A stretch of DNA of 64,000 nt from a virus, in the IMG/VR virus record IMGVR_UViG_3300042447_000691. One strand, written 5' to 3'. The notes beneath the pieces were generated by a model. That model was not told the origin of the DNA. It saw only the letters and a list, made by a program, of their open reading frames with translations, and made no database searches. A program made the translations under genes and the position numbers. Of this stretch, positions 54,735 to 63,289 are shown one piece after another. The stretch's first letter is position 1. The number at the start of each line of letters is the position of its first letter.

Positions 54735-55589
54735 ATGGCAGAAAATAATACAATATTTTTTAAACTTGAGGAATATTACGACAACGATGGATCTGAGGAG
54801 TTACAAGCATCTACCGATGTAAATGGTAAGGTTAATATCTCAGTAATTAATTTACTAAATAAGGAAACCGCTGCGGATCAACATAGAGAAGTTGTTGGTT
54901 TAACTCCATTATCACGATACACCATAAATGATACGACAGAAAATTTATTTAGTGTTAGTTTTATAACTGACGATGATGGGTATACTAAAGTTGACCTATC
55001 CAAAATGTTATTAAACACTACATTTATAAAGTTTTATCAAAAGTACAAAGGTGAGGTAACTTTAAATGTAACAATTGAAATACCAAAAACAAATAAATAT
55101 AACGTTTTTGTTGGTAACGCTAAAATAACACCATCGTGGAAAAAAGAAGAATCAGGAATTATATTTGAAAGTTATGACTATTACAATAATGACGATACTA
55201 TCATTTTATCACCAATTGAAGATAAAGTAACTGATTTGGCAACATTAAGACAAACATATAAAACAGTTGAAGAAAATTACCTTTTAGTTAAAAAAAGATA
55301 TGAGAGTCAAATTGTTGGTGAGGTTGATTTAGAAATTGATACTACGGAAACTTATGAACCTAAAAGTCTTAAAACCGTTATAACAAGATTATTAGAATTT
55401 CAAGTGGGTACTTTACAACCGGCACTTGAATATACAAAAACCGCAAAACTAACAACAGAATACGACAGGTTAAACACAATGGATAAATTAGTTAATATTT
55501 TATCTAAAATGTATCCAAATATTACTATTGAAGATGGTGAAGGAATTCCTTATAATTCGGATATTGATCCAAAATTGGAAACATTGTAA
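54735..55589 (+). CDS. Hypothetical protein
   Basis: 284-aa ORF in the lysis operon. Confidence 0.6.
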   Translation: MAENNTIFFKLEEYYDNDGSEELQASTDVNGKVNISVINLLNKETAADQHREVVGLTPLSRYTINDTTENLFSVSFITDDDGYTKVDLSKMLLNTTFIKFYQKYKGEVTLNVTIEIPKTNKYNVFVGNAKITPSWKKEESGIIFESYDYYNNDDTIILSPIEDKVTDLATLRQTYKTVEENYLLVKKRYESQIVGEVDLEIDTTETYEPKSLKTVITRLLEFQVGTLQPALEYTKTAKLTTEYDRLNTMDKLVNILSKMYPNITIEDGEGIPYNSDIDPKLETL

Positions 55590-55624
55590 TATTTATATAT
55601 AAATAAACTTTTAAATTTTCAATT

Positions 55625-55792
55625 ATGAAACTTACAAAAGAACAAGTATTAGGGATCGTTAGACACACATTAACATTTGTTGGTGGTATTGTTGTAATGA
55701 AAGGTCTTGTTGATGAGACGGTCGTTACTGAGATCATCGGTGGTGTTATGACATTAGTCGGAACTATTTGGTCAGTTATTAACAAAAAATAA
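55625..55792 (+). CDS. Putative small holin (Pam3-gp28-like)
   Basis: Not in the ORF track; 55 aa MKLTKEQVLGIVRHTLTFVGG...TIWSVINKK with two TMs. Confidence 0.65.
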   Translation: MKLTKEQVLGIVRHTLTFVGGIVVMKGLVDETVVTEIIGGVMTLVGTIWSVINKK

Positions 55793-55811
55793 TTTTGTTA
55801 AATTAATACTT

Positions 55812-55838
55812 AACCCCCATAAAAAGTGGGGGTTTTTT
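55812..55838 (+). terminator. Intrinsic terminator
   Basis: AACCCCCA/TGGGGGTT stem plus T-tract. Confidence 0.75.
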
Positions 55839-55864
55839 AATTTATAATATATTTATTAATTAGT

Positions 55865-56473
55865 ATGGAAAATTATGTAGGAATAGTGATCGCATTTATA
55901 ACAGGTGTGATAGGACCAATCTTGGTTCTTTATATAAAGAGTAAGTTGGAGAAGAAGGAGAAACCTGATATGGTTAAGGAAACATTAAGGGTTGCGGAGT
56001 TGGTTACAAACAAAATAGAACACATTAAGGACGAATTTAATGCTGACAGAGTTTGGATTACACAATTCCATAACGGAGGAAACTTCTACCCAACAGGTAA
56101 ATCAATGGCAAAGTTTTCAATCATGTATGAAACGGTACATCCAGGTGTTCAATCAGTACAAAGTAACTTTCACAATATACCTGTTAATCTATTTTCAAAA
56201 TCAATCAACCAACTATTAAGTAACGACGTTATAGAAATACCGGACTATAAAGACGAGACAATAGCGACTTATGGTTTAAAATATATTGCAGAAGATACTG
56301 GATGTAAATCAGGTTATTTATTTGCTATTAAAACTATTGATGATAGATTTATCGGGACTTTAGGTGTTGAATATACAAAAAGAAAAACGAAATTAAATAT
56401 TGAATCAATAAACCATTTATTAGTACATGCAACATCACTTGGTGGTGTACTTATGACACACTTGCAACAATAA
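55865..56473 (+). CDS. N-terminal TM + GAF-like domain protein
   Basis: TM, then EFNADRVWITQF...YLFAIKTIDDRFIGTLGVEY, a GAF-type pattern. Confidence 0.6.
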   Translation: MENYVGIVIAFITGVIGPILVLYIKSKLEKKEKPDMVKETLRVAELVTNKIEHIKDEFNADRVWITQFHNGGNFYPTGKSMAKFSIMYETVHPGVQSVQSNFHNIPVNLFSKSINQLLSNDVIEIPDYKDETIATYGLKYIAEDTGCKSGYLFAIKTIDDRFIGTLGVEYTKRKTKLNIESINHLLVHATSLGGVLMTHLQQ

Positions 56474-56474
56474 C

Positions 56475-57005
56475 ATGTCAACAAAAAATAAAAAAATTAT
56501 TCAAGCCAATATATTATCAGAACAAAGATATCTGAATAATAAATACTTAAACGAGGATGAAGGGACAACAAGTGGAAACACTCAAAACACTAAAGAAACA
56601 TTGCAAGATGTTGGTGTAAATTTAACGGATTCTGCAACACACAATTCTATTTTACAACAATTAAAACCTTATAGTAATAAAGTCAATATTAATAGTTTAA
56701 CTCCACACGTAGGTAAAGATAGTTTTTTTGATGAGTTAGGTAATTACGTAAGTTTATCACCTGAGAAATCAAAAATAGATAGATCCACAATAACAGGACA
56801 AGAGTTAAAATTAAATTTACCTAACGGAATTAATTTAAAAGGTAGTTTTGATTTAAAAGACGGTGGGTTAGGTAGTGTATCGATTGGTAAAAACGTAAAC
56901 ATCGGAAACCAAAAGGTAAATTTATCACTTAAAACTAATGCGTTGACAGGAGGGAACACAGCGCAAGTAGGGATTAAAATACCAATAGGTGGTAATAGAC
57001 GTTAA
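56475..57005 (+). CDS. Hypothetical protein
   Basis: 176-aa ORF with QANILSEQRYLN...LNE leader-like N-terminus. Confidence 0.55.
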   Translation: MSTKNKKIIQANILSEQRYLNNKYLNEDEGTTSGNTQNTKETLQDVGVNLTDSATHNSILQQLKPYSNKVNINSLTPHVGKDSFFDELGNYVSLSPEKSKIDRSTITGQELKLNLPNGINLKGSFDLKDGGLGSVSIGKNVNIGNQKVNLSLKTNALTGGNTAQVGIKIPIGGNRR

Positions 57006-57011
57006 TTTAGA

Positions 57012-57584
57012 TTACTCAACTCTGAATATCTTTACATAATCAACAAATACAAATATAGTACCGTCTTGATTCATAACCGAATGACAAGCAAACACTCCCG
57101 GTAAGTTTGAAGAATCAAACTCCATATTTTGAACTTGTTTGTGACCCTCAGAGTTTTCCCACGCAATTACAATTCTAGAAGCCAACTCATCATAAGAAGA
57201 ATAATCCACGTTGGACTTAAATGCGTTTTCATATAAACTCATTTTTGGTAATCCGTTTTGTAACATTACACTTTCACCACCATAAATATTTTTGGCTTCA
57301 GATATTATTTTATTTCTTATTGAAAGATCGTTATATCTCTCTTTGTTTGGTGGGTGATAAAAAGATCCCGATAACGAAACCTCAATACAATTAGGGTTTG
57401 AAAACAATTGATAAACGGATTTTGAAGTGATCAATGTATCAATACCTCTATCACGTCTTAATTTGTTTATCTCTATTAAAACTTTTTTATTTAAAAGTTG
57501 AGAGTTAAACGTGGAGTAAGTAACCCCCTGACCTAATACGAAATTTAGTACAAGAGAAAAAACAAGAACAAATAGGGTTTTCAT
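57012..57584 (-). CDS. Secreted CAP (SCP)-domain-like protein
   Basis: Signal peptide; EINKLRRDRG...FYHP...ENAF...AWENSEGH; promoter TATATTTG on the minus strand near 57620. Confidence 0.65.
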   Translation of the reverse strand: MKTLFVLVFSLVLNFVLGQGVTYSTFNSQLLNKKVLIEINKLRRDRGIDTLITSKSVYQLFSNPNCIEVSLSGSFYHPPNKERYNDLSIRNKIISEAKNIYGGESVMLQNGLPKMSLYENAFKSNVDYSSYDELASRIVIAWENSEGHKQVQNMEFDSSNLPGVFACHSVMNQDGTIFVFVDYVKIFRVE

Positions 57585-57650
57585 GAGATAATATTTTTGA
57601 TTTATGATGATACAAATATACAAATTTATTTTTAATTCATATTTATTAAT

Positions 57651-58307
57651 ATGAGAAAAAATTTAATTTTAGAAAAAATAATATATAACATAAAAAAAAA
57701 CCTAATCAACGAAAGAAAGTCAGATGAGTTATCAATGAAACTTTCCCGAATGGTTATCAAGCAATTTAAAAAAGATGAGGACTTTGAGTTGTATGATTTA
57801 AGATTTGACAGGGGAGATGAGTATGCGGTCTTTGATTTCAAGTGTTATTTTTTGGAGGATATTGATTTGGACGATCCATTCTCAATACATGCTGAAGCAG
57901 ATATGGAAGAGATATATATTGAGATTACATTCAACCCACAACATTTTCCTGAGAGTATGAGTGATTTGGTTGCTGAAGTGAAAGAAACTATTGAACACGA
58001 GTTAGAACACGTTGAGCAACAAAATTTTGAGGATATGGAATTTGAACGTGAAGATGATATTGAGGACGATGAAGAATACAATTTTAAATACCTGACATCT
58101 AACATAGAAATACCGGCATATGTAAGAGGTTTAATCAAAAGAGCTAACACCAAAAGAATGTCGTTGAAAGATGCGATGGATGAGTGGTTTAAAGAGAACA
58201 AAAGAAAGTTTAAAAATCCGACAACTGATTGGCCAAAAGTTAAAAAAGTTTGGATGAATTATGCTTCTGAAATGAGAGAAAAAGAAAAAATCAAAAAATT
58301 TAATTAA
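57651..58307 (+). CDS. Hypothetical protein with HExxH zincin-like motif
   Basis: IEHELEHVEQ plus a downstream E in EIPAY. Confidence 0.5.
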   Translation: MRKNLILEKIIYNIKKNLINERKSDELSMKLSRMVIKQFKKDEDFELYDLRFDRGDEYAVFDFKCYFLEDIDLDDPFSIHAEADMEEIYIEITFNPQHFPESMSDLVAEVKETIEHELEHVEQQNFEDMEFEREDDIEDDEEYNFKYLTSNIEIPAYVRGLIKRANTKRMSLKDAMDEWFKENKRKFKNPTTDWPKVKKVWMNYASEMREKEKIKKFN

Positions 58308-58310
58308 TTG

Positions 58311-58342
58311 TTTGTTTTATACCAGATGTTTTCCTAACTTTG
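58311..58342 (+). promoter_or_regulatory. Bacteroidota-type promoter
   Basis: TTTG-N20-TAACTTTG. Confidence 0.7.
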
Positions 58343-58356
58343 GTAAAAAATAAATT

Positions 58357-58794
58357 ATGAGTGTTAAAGGTTGGACTAGACGGGTATACAAACGTTTAAA
58401 ATTAAAATGGAATCGATGGGGTAAAACTCCAGGTATGTTTAAATTACCAGAAGAGAGGACGGGTTACGAACATAAATCTATGGCGATCTGCCGTAAGATG
58501 ATTACCCATCCCGATTCAAAATTCACTATCGCACCACTTTCAGGTAAGAGATACATAGTAAACAAAACCCTTGACATTTTTGTGATTATCTTAGACGGTA
58601 AAGTCGAGATCACCAATCACGTATATCATTATGTTATCACATTAAGTAGTGGTGAGATTAAAAAATTAGTAAACTTTTTTGATAGTAAAGTGGATGATAT
58701 TCGTGTAAAATATGAAGAAGAAATCAAATCACAAATCGGAAACACATTAGATAAAATATATGAAAAAATCACAAAACAAGAATCCCTTAATTAA
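58357..58794 (+). CDS. Hypothetical protein
   Basis: 145-aa ORF after a promoter. Confidence 0.6.
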   Translation: MSVKGWTRRVYKRLKLKWNRWGKTPGMFKLPEERTGYEHKSMAICRKMITHPDSKFTIAPLSGKRYIVNKTLDIFVIILDGKVEITNHVYHYVITLSSGEIKKLVNFFDSKVDDIRVKYEEEIKSQIGNTLDKIYEKITKQESLN

Positions 58795-58972
58795 CACACC
58801 AAAAGGTGTCGGACAAATTGAAAATCTTTATGTATCTGATCTTGGATTTTTGATGGTGAGGGTTTATTTTGATAACGGCACGTACACAACCTATAATATG
58901 GGAAAACACGATATTCAAAACAACCTGATCACCAACCAATTATTTGAAGATGAAAGTAAAACTTTTGATTGA
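58760..58972 (+). CDS. Hypothetical protein
   Basis: Overlapping short ORF. Confidence 0.45.
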   Translation: MKKSQNKNPLINTPKGVGQIENLYVSDLGFLMVRVYFDNGTYTTYNMGKHDIQNNLITNQLFEDESKTFD

Positions 58973-59099
58973 TAACGAGATCATTGAGGGAGTCGTTGAG
59001 ATTGATGAAAGATTTTATGGTGGTAAAAAAGTAATTTATCAAGATAAAGAAAAAAGAATGTGTGTTATATCAATAAATTTAGTTACTATTGTATTATGA
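58950..59099 (+). CDS. Small hypothetical protein (49 aa)
   Basis: Not in the ORF track; coupled ORF. Confidence 0.4.
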   Translation: MKVKLLIDNEIIEGVVEIDERFYGGKKVIYQDKEKRMCVISINLVTIVL

Positions 59100-59311
59100 A
59101 AAAATTATTAATTATGTTATGTCTTGTGTCCTGTACATCAAACGGGTACAAGTACAAAATTGAAGGTGTGGTTGAAACAAAAGATGGTGGACATCCAGCA
59201 GTCTGGTATACCGACACAATAAGTTTTGATGGTGATACTGCGTATTACTTTAATAGTGATGGTAGTGAAGTAAGAATTAGTCCTCCATATGTTGTTAAAA
59301 CGATTAAATGA
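59096..59311 (+). CDS. Small lipoprotein
   Basis: MKKLLIMLCLVSC. Confidence 0.6.
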   Translation: MKKLLIMLCLVSCTSNGYKYKIEGVVETKDGGHPAVWYTDTISFDGDTAYYFNSDGSEVRISPPYVVKTIK

Positions 59312-59583
59312 TGAATATGAAAGAATTAAATGATAGCGATCTTTTAGATCTTGCTTGGAAAAACTTAGAAATTGCTGATAAACACACATACTCGACAATA
59401 GTTTTAACTGTTGTTGCATTGATACAAGCAATTTTATTATTTTTTAATATAGTTGGGGTTGTTAGTTTTTTAATTGTCTATCCACTTTGTGTATTATTTT
59501 ATCTCTATCACAAATATAAAAGTGAAAAACATTTAAAAATTATTGAAGAATTACTTAAAGAATTTACATCAAGAGGAGTTTGA
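59308..59583 (+). CDS. Small two-TM membrane protein
   Basis: Two hydrophobic helices. Confidence 0.55.
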   Translation: MMNMKELNDSDLLDLAWKNLEIADKHTYSTIVLTVVALIQAILLFFNIVGVVSFLIVYPLCVLFYLYHKYKSEKHLKIIEELLKEFTSRGV

Positions 59584-59585
59584 TT

Positions 59586-59834
59586 ATGAAGAAAATTATT
59601 TATATATTTGTTCTGTGGTTGGTAACGAGTTGTTCTAACTGGGAATATAAGGAATTTACATATTTAAGATGTAAAAAGTTGGATAAAGTACATGCTCATT
59701 TATATTATCACGAAACGTGTGAGTGGAATTGTTTGAGTATGAACGAGACGTATTCTATTGTTATTGATACTGCTAAATTTAAATATAAGGTAGATAAAAA
59801 CGGTGAAGTAAAAAAAGTAAAACTAATAAAATGA
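59586..59834 (+). CDS. Small lipoprotein
   Basis: MKKIIYIFVLWLVTSC. Confidence 0.6.
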   Translation: MKKIIYIFVLWLVTSCSNWEYKEFTYLRCKKLDKVHAHLYYHETCEWNCLSMNETYSIVIDTAKFKYKVDKNGEVKKVKLIK

Positions 59835-60094
59835 AGAAAGTATTTTTGGCGATTTTAATGGGTGTTATGGTAACATCTTGTACGGAAAACTCAAGAGTGA
59901 AGAGTTTTGGTGGAGAAGGAACAATCAACCTACCAAAAGGTCGTAAATTAGTGACCGTTACTTGGAAAGAGACTCAGGTTTGGTATTTAACAAGACCAAT
60001 GGATTCAAGCGATGTGGCACAGACATATCAATTCCACGAAGAATCATCTTGGGGTGTAATTGAAGGAACTTATAACATTGTAGAGACTAAATAA
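59831..60094 (+). CDS. Small lipoprotein
   Basis: MKKVFLAILMGVMVTSC. Confidence 0.65.
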   Translation: MKKVFLAILMGVMVTSCTENSRVKSFGGEGTINLPKGRKLVTVTWKETQVWYLTRPMDSSDVAQTYQFHEESSWGVIEGTYNIVETK

Positions 60095-60095
60095 T

Positions 60096-60353
60096 ATGAC
60101 AGAAAGAGAATTAATACTTTTAGGGTTTAAAAGTGAGGAAATGAGGGAACACGATGAAGACGAGTCTTATTACTACGTTCTTGATATCGTTGACGGATTA
60201 ACCTTTATTACGACATCCAATGAGGAGATAAAGGAAGACAATTGGTATGTTGATTTTTTCAATACTGATCCACTTGTTAGATTTCACGAATTCGGAGAAG
60301 TTCAAGGACTGATAAACCAACTAACAAAAGCAATAGTAAAAAATGGAAAATAA
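60096..60353 (+). CDS. Hypothetical acidic protein
   Basis: Coupled ORF. Confidence 0.55.
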   Translation: MTERELILLGFKSEEMREHDEDESYYYVLDIVDGLTFITTSNEEIKEDNWYVDFFNTDPLVRFHEFGEVQGLINQLTKAIVKNGK

Positions 60354-60519
60354 AAGATTATTATACAATAGTTTGTCAAACCAACATAGATTAATTACTA
60401 ATCAAATTGGTGATATAAAGGCAAAAAACTTTGAACTAACTGAGGAAGACAAGAAAGAAATCCAAAAGTTAGAAACAAGAATGATTGAGATAACGAACCA
60501 ACTTAAAAGTTTGTTTTAA
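60343..60519 (+). CDS. Small coiled-coil protein (58 aa)
   Basis: Not in the ORF track; coupled ORF. Confidence 0.45.
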   Translation: MENKRLLYNSLSNQHRLITNQIGDIKAKNFELTEEDKKEIQKLETRMIEITNQLKSLF

Positions 60520-60520
60520 G

Positions 60521-61045
60521 ATGAGAAGTATACCAACACACGATCCACAGACCGGAGAACTTAATCCGTATTACGAAGAACTAACAGGTGAGAAAAATCC
60601 ATTATCAAAAGATGTAGAAAATGAAAGTTTTGATATTCCAAGATTTGTTGGTAGAAAATTTAGGTATAATGGAAAATTAATAAAAACCGATGTAAATTAT
60701 CTATTAGAAGACGATAAGGGTGTTGTTGTCGCATCAACATCCACAAAGGAAGGGATTAACGGTTTATCCAAACAAAACTGTGATAAGATATTTGGGGTTA
60801 TTGATGTTGTATATAAACAAGTTAGAAACGGATTTGATGGAGTTATAGATTCATTCACTGAAGCATTTGCTAAAGAATGTATCAACAAAGCAATGGAGTT
60901 ATATCAACCAACGGAAATTGAAGTTGAGATTGAGATGGAATGTTTGGATCCTAATTGTGATGGTATAAACAAGAAAGGTGTTTGTATACCTGGTGATAAA
61001 CCAAAATTAGATGAGAATGGATGTTTAATATTAAAAAAACTATAA
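60521..61045 (+). CDS. Hypothetical protein
   Basis: 174-aa ORF. Confidence 0.55.
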   Translation: MRSIPTHDPQTGELNPYYEELTGEKNPLSKDVENESFDIPRFVGRKFRYNGKLIKTDVNYLLEDDKGVVVASTSTKEGINGLSKQNCDKIFGVIDVVYKQVRNGFDGVIDSFTEAFAKECINKAMELYQPTEIEVEIEMECLDPNCDGINKKGVCIPGDKPKLDENGCLILKKL

Positions 61046-61046
61046 A

Positions 61047-61298
61047 ATGGAAAATAGAAGTACACACTACGGAGACGTATCAAACTGGATTGAAAAGATA
61101 ATTGATTCTTGTGAAACAATAGAACAAACATTTACTGCTAAAAAATTGATTAGTAATTTTGCAAAACAATTAAGAACTAAATCTCCAGATAAATACTGGA
61201 ACAGTTATCAATACACAGTTATTGACCCACTTAATGATTTGGTAAGAATTAAACGACAATCATTCATAAATAAGATTGAGGAACAATGGAAGAAGTAA
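61047..61298 (+). CDS. Hypothetical protein
   Basis: Coupled ORF. Confidence 0.5.
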   Translation: MENRSTHYGDVSNWIEKIIDSCETIEQTFTAKKLISNFAKQLRTKSPDKYWNSYQYTVIDPLNDLVRIKRQSFINKIEEQWKK

Positions 61299-61603
61299 AA
61301 TATCCAATAGGTGGTTTTGCACCTGGTGACTATATGTGTAAATGCGTAACCTGTAAAGAACAATTTCACGGAGATAAAAGGTCCGTTCAGTGTGAACCTT
61401 GTGCTATTGAAATGGTTAGAACTAAAATAGTTGAAAGTGAGGAAGGTGGATTTGAAATTGAACGTGATTATTTACAGGGATTTATTGATCAGTTCGGAGA
61501 TGGACCATTAGGTGAACTGGATCCAAATGAATGGACGGCACCTGATTTTTTGAGATGGTTAAAACTTAACAAATATAAAATTATAAAAGAAAAGAAAATA
61601 TGA
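61286..61603 (+). CDS. Small zinc-finger protein
   Basis: CKCVTC...CEPC. Confidence 0.55.
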   Translation: MEEVKYPIGGFAPGDYMCKCVTCKEQFHGDKRSVQCEPCAIEMVRTKIVESEEGGFEIERDYLQGFIDQFGDGPLGELDPNEWTAPDFLRWLKLNKYKIIKEKKI

Positions 61604-61788
61604 ACAACAACCCATTTGATCCAAATATGTTTAAAAATTTGGAAAACGTAATGAAAGGTTTTCAACAACCACAAAACAATAAAGGATTTTTTAATTTTAA
61701 TAAGATTAAAAAATATTTAATAACATTTATTGTTTCAATATTTGTGTCAGGATTTGCGTTAGGATTGGCAATTGGATTATTGTTTTAA
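61600..61788 (+). CDS. Small membrane protein
   Basis: C-terminal TM. Confidence 0.5.
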   Translation: MNNNPFDPNMFKNLENVMKGFQQPQNNKGFFNFNKIKKYLITFIVSIFVSGFALGLAIGLLF

Positions 61789-61791
61789 ACG

Positions 61792-62040
61792 ATGTTAGAT
61801 AATATAGTAGAATATTACCAAGACGAGGAGATCTTAAAGGCTGATGGGTTTGATGATGCGGTTATTGGTATTGAAAATGGTACTATGAGACTAATATATT
61901 CTGTACGAATGTGTATTGAAATATTGGTATTGGATGGTATGGATATGGTTGATGCTATAGAACATTTTGATTATAATGTTAGAGGGTCGTATGTGGGCGA
62001 AAAAACACCAATATGGTGCGATGATATGTTTGAAATTTAA
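61792..62040 (+). CDS. Conserved phage hypothetical protein
   Basis: ADGFDDAVIG...DAIEHFDYNVRGSYVGEKTPI motif. Confidence 0.65.
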   Translation: MLDNIVEYYQDEEILKADGFDDAVIGIENGTMRLIYSVRMCIEILVLDGMDMVDAIEHFDYNVRGSYVGEKTPIWCDDMFEI

Positions 62041-62041
62041 T

Positions 62042-62185
62042 ATGGATTCTTTTATACTTAATAAAAAAACTGATATGATAAAAAAATTAAACAGGTGGTT
62101 TGAACTCAACTGGGGTTGGTTCTTCATCAACGGAAGGAAACAAGAACAATGGAATGAATACTTAAAAAACAAATATAAAAAATGA
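62042..62185 (+). CDS. Small hypothetical protein
   Basis: Short Trp-rich ORF. Confidence 0.4.
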   Translation: MDSFILNKKTDMIKKLNRWFELNWGWFFINGRKQEQWNEYLKNKYKK

Positions 62186-62328
62186 AAACAATAGAAGTAA
62201 ATTTAGGAATTGGAATGAATATGTTATTCCCCGAAACAGTAAAGATCGTTATTGAAGACGATACAGATGATGAAACAACTAAAAAACCAAGTAAGGTTAA
62301 ACCGGAAATAGAAATAGAAAAGGAGTAG
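62182..62328 (+). CDS. Small hypothetical protein (48 aa)
   Basis: Not in the ORF track; coupled ORF. Confidence 0.4.
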   Translation: MKTIEVNLGIGMNMLFPETVKIVIEDDTDDETTKKPSKVKPEIEIEKE

Positions 62329-62356
62329 GGGTTTACCCCCATTTTAACTAAAATCA

Positions 62357-62388
62357 TTTGTAAAAACCAAAAATCCTCATTATATTTG
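62357..62388 (+). promoter_or_regulatory. Bacteroidota-type promoter
   Basis: TTTG-N20-TATATTTG. Confidence 0.7.
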
Positions 62389-62602
62389 TTCTATAATTAA
62401 AAACAAAATAAAATGAGAAAAAACACGGATTGGAAGGAATTTATTCCACAAGAAACTAAAGATGAATGTACTGATTCATTAAAGCTAAACCTTAAAGAAG
62501 TAGAAGAAAGATTGTATTGTTGGAAGGATATATGAATTTAGTTAAAAATATAAAATAATTGGTTTTTTTTTTTGATGATATATTTATTATTAAATTTGTA
62601 TT

Positions 62603-63193
62603 ATGAAAAAAATTATTAGATTAACAGAATCAGATCTAACAAGAATTGTTAGACGAACACTAAACGAGATGGAAGATTTTACAAAAGATATTGCAAAAGA
62701 TTTATATTCTAAATTACCAAGAGAAAACTTTACAACTGAAGATTTTATTGAATATATGAAAGATAAAAAAGCTCCAATGTCAGTAATCACAGATGTATTG
62801 GAACATTTAAAAAAAATGGGATTTCCTTTTAGTAAAGTAATTGAAAAAAGTAAAGAAAATTTTAAAAATAATAGAGACAAAAAAATGACAAAATCAAAAA
62901 ATAAAAAAATGGTAACAAAAGAAGATTTAAATAATTATTTAATAGAGTGTGAATGTGATATTTTTATGGATGGGCCATTTATTTATAATAATGAAGAATG
63001 GGAAATTTTTGGTAAGATGTTTATTAAAAGAATTGAAGAAAAATACGATATTAAAGTAAAGTTTAATGAAGATTGGTATGAAAATATATGGAACACAATA
63101 CCGGAGAGTATAACTGATGATGTTGTAGATCTTGGATTGGAGGCGTTGGCTGATTGGATTAATAAATATGATATTGAATGTGATTTAAATTAA
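62603..63193 (+). CDS. Leader-family protein
   Basis: [22 protein letters not shown]. Confidence 0.7.
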   Translation: MKKIIRLTESDLTRIVRRTLNEMEDFTKDIAKDLYSKLPRENFTTEDFIEYMKDKKAPMSVITDVLEHLKKMGFPFSKVIEKSKENFKNNRDKKMTKSKNKKMVTKEDLNNYLIECECDIFMDGPFIYNNEEWEIFGKMFIKRIEEKYDIKVKFNEDWYENIWNTIPESITDDVVDLGLEALADWINKYDIECDLN

Positions 63194-63289
63194 AAAATAA
63201 TATAAGTGTTAAAATTTTATGGTTAAATACCAAATTTATTAAAATTACTTGTTTTTTTTTTGATGATATATTTATAATAAAATTAAATT

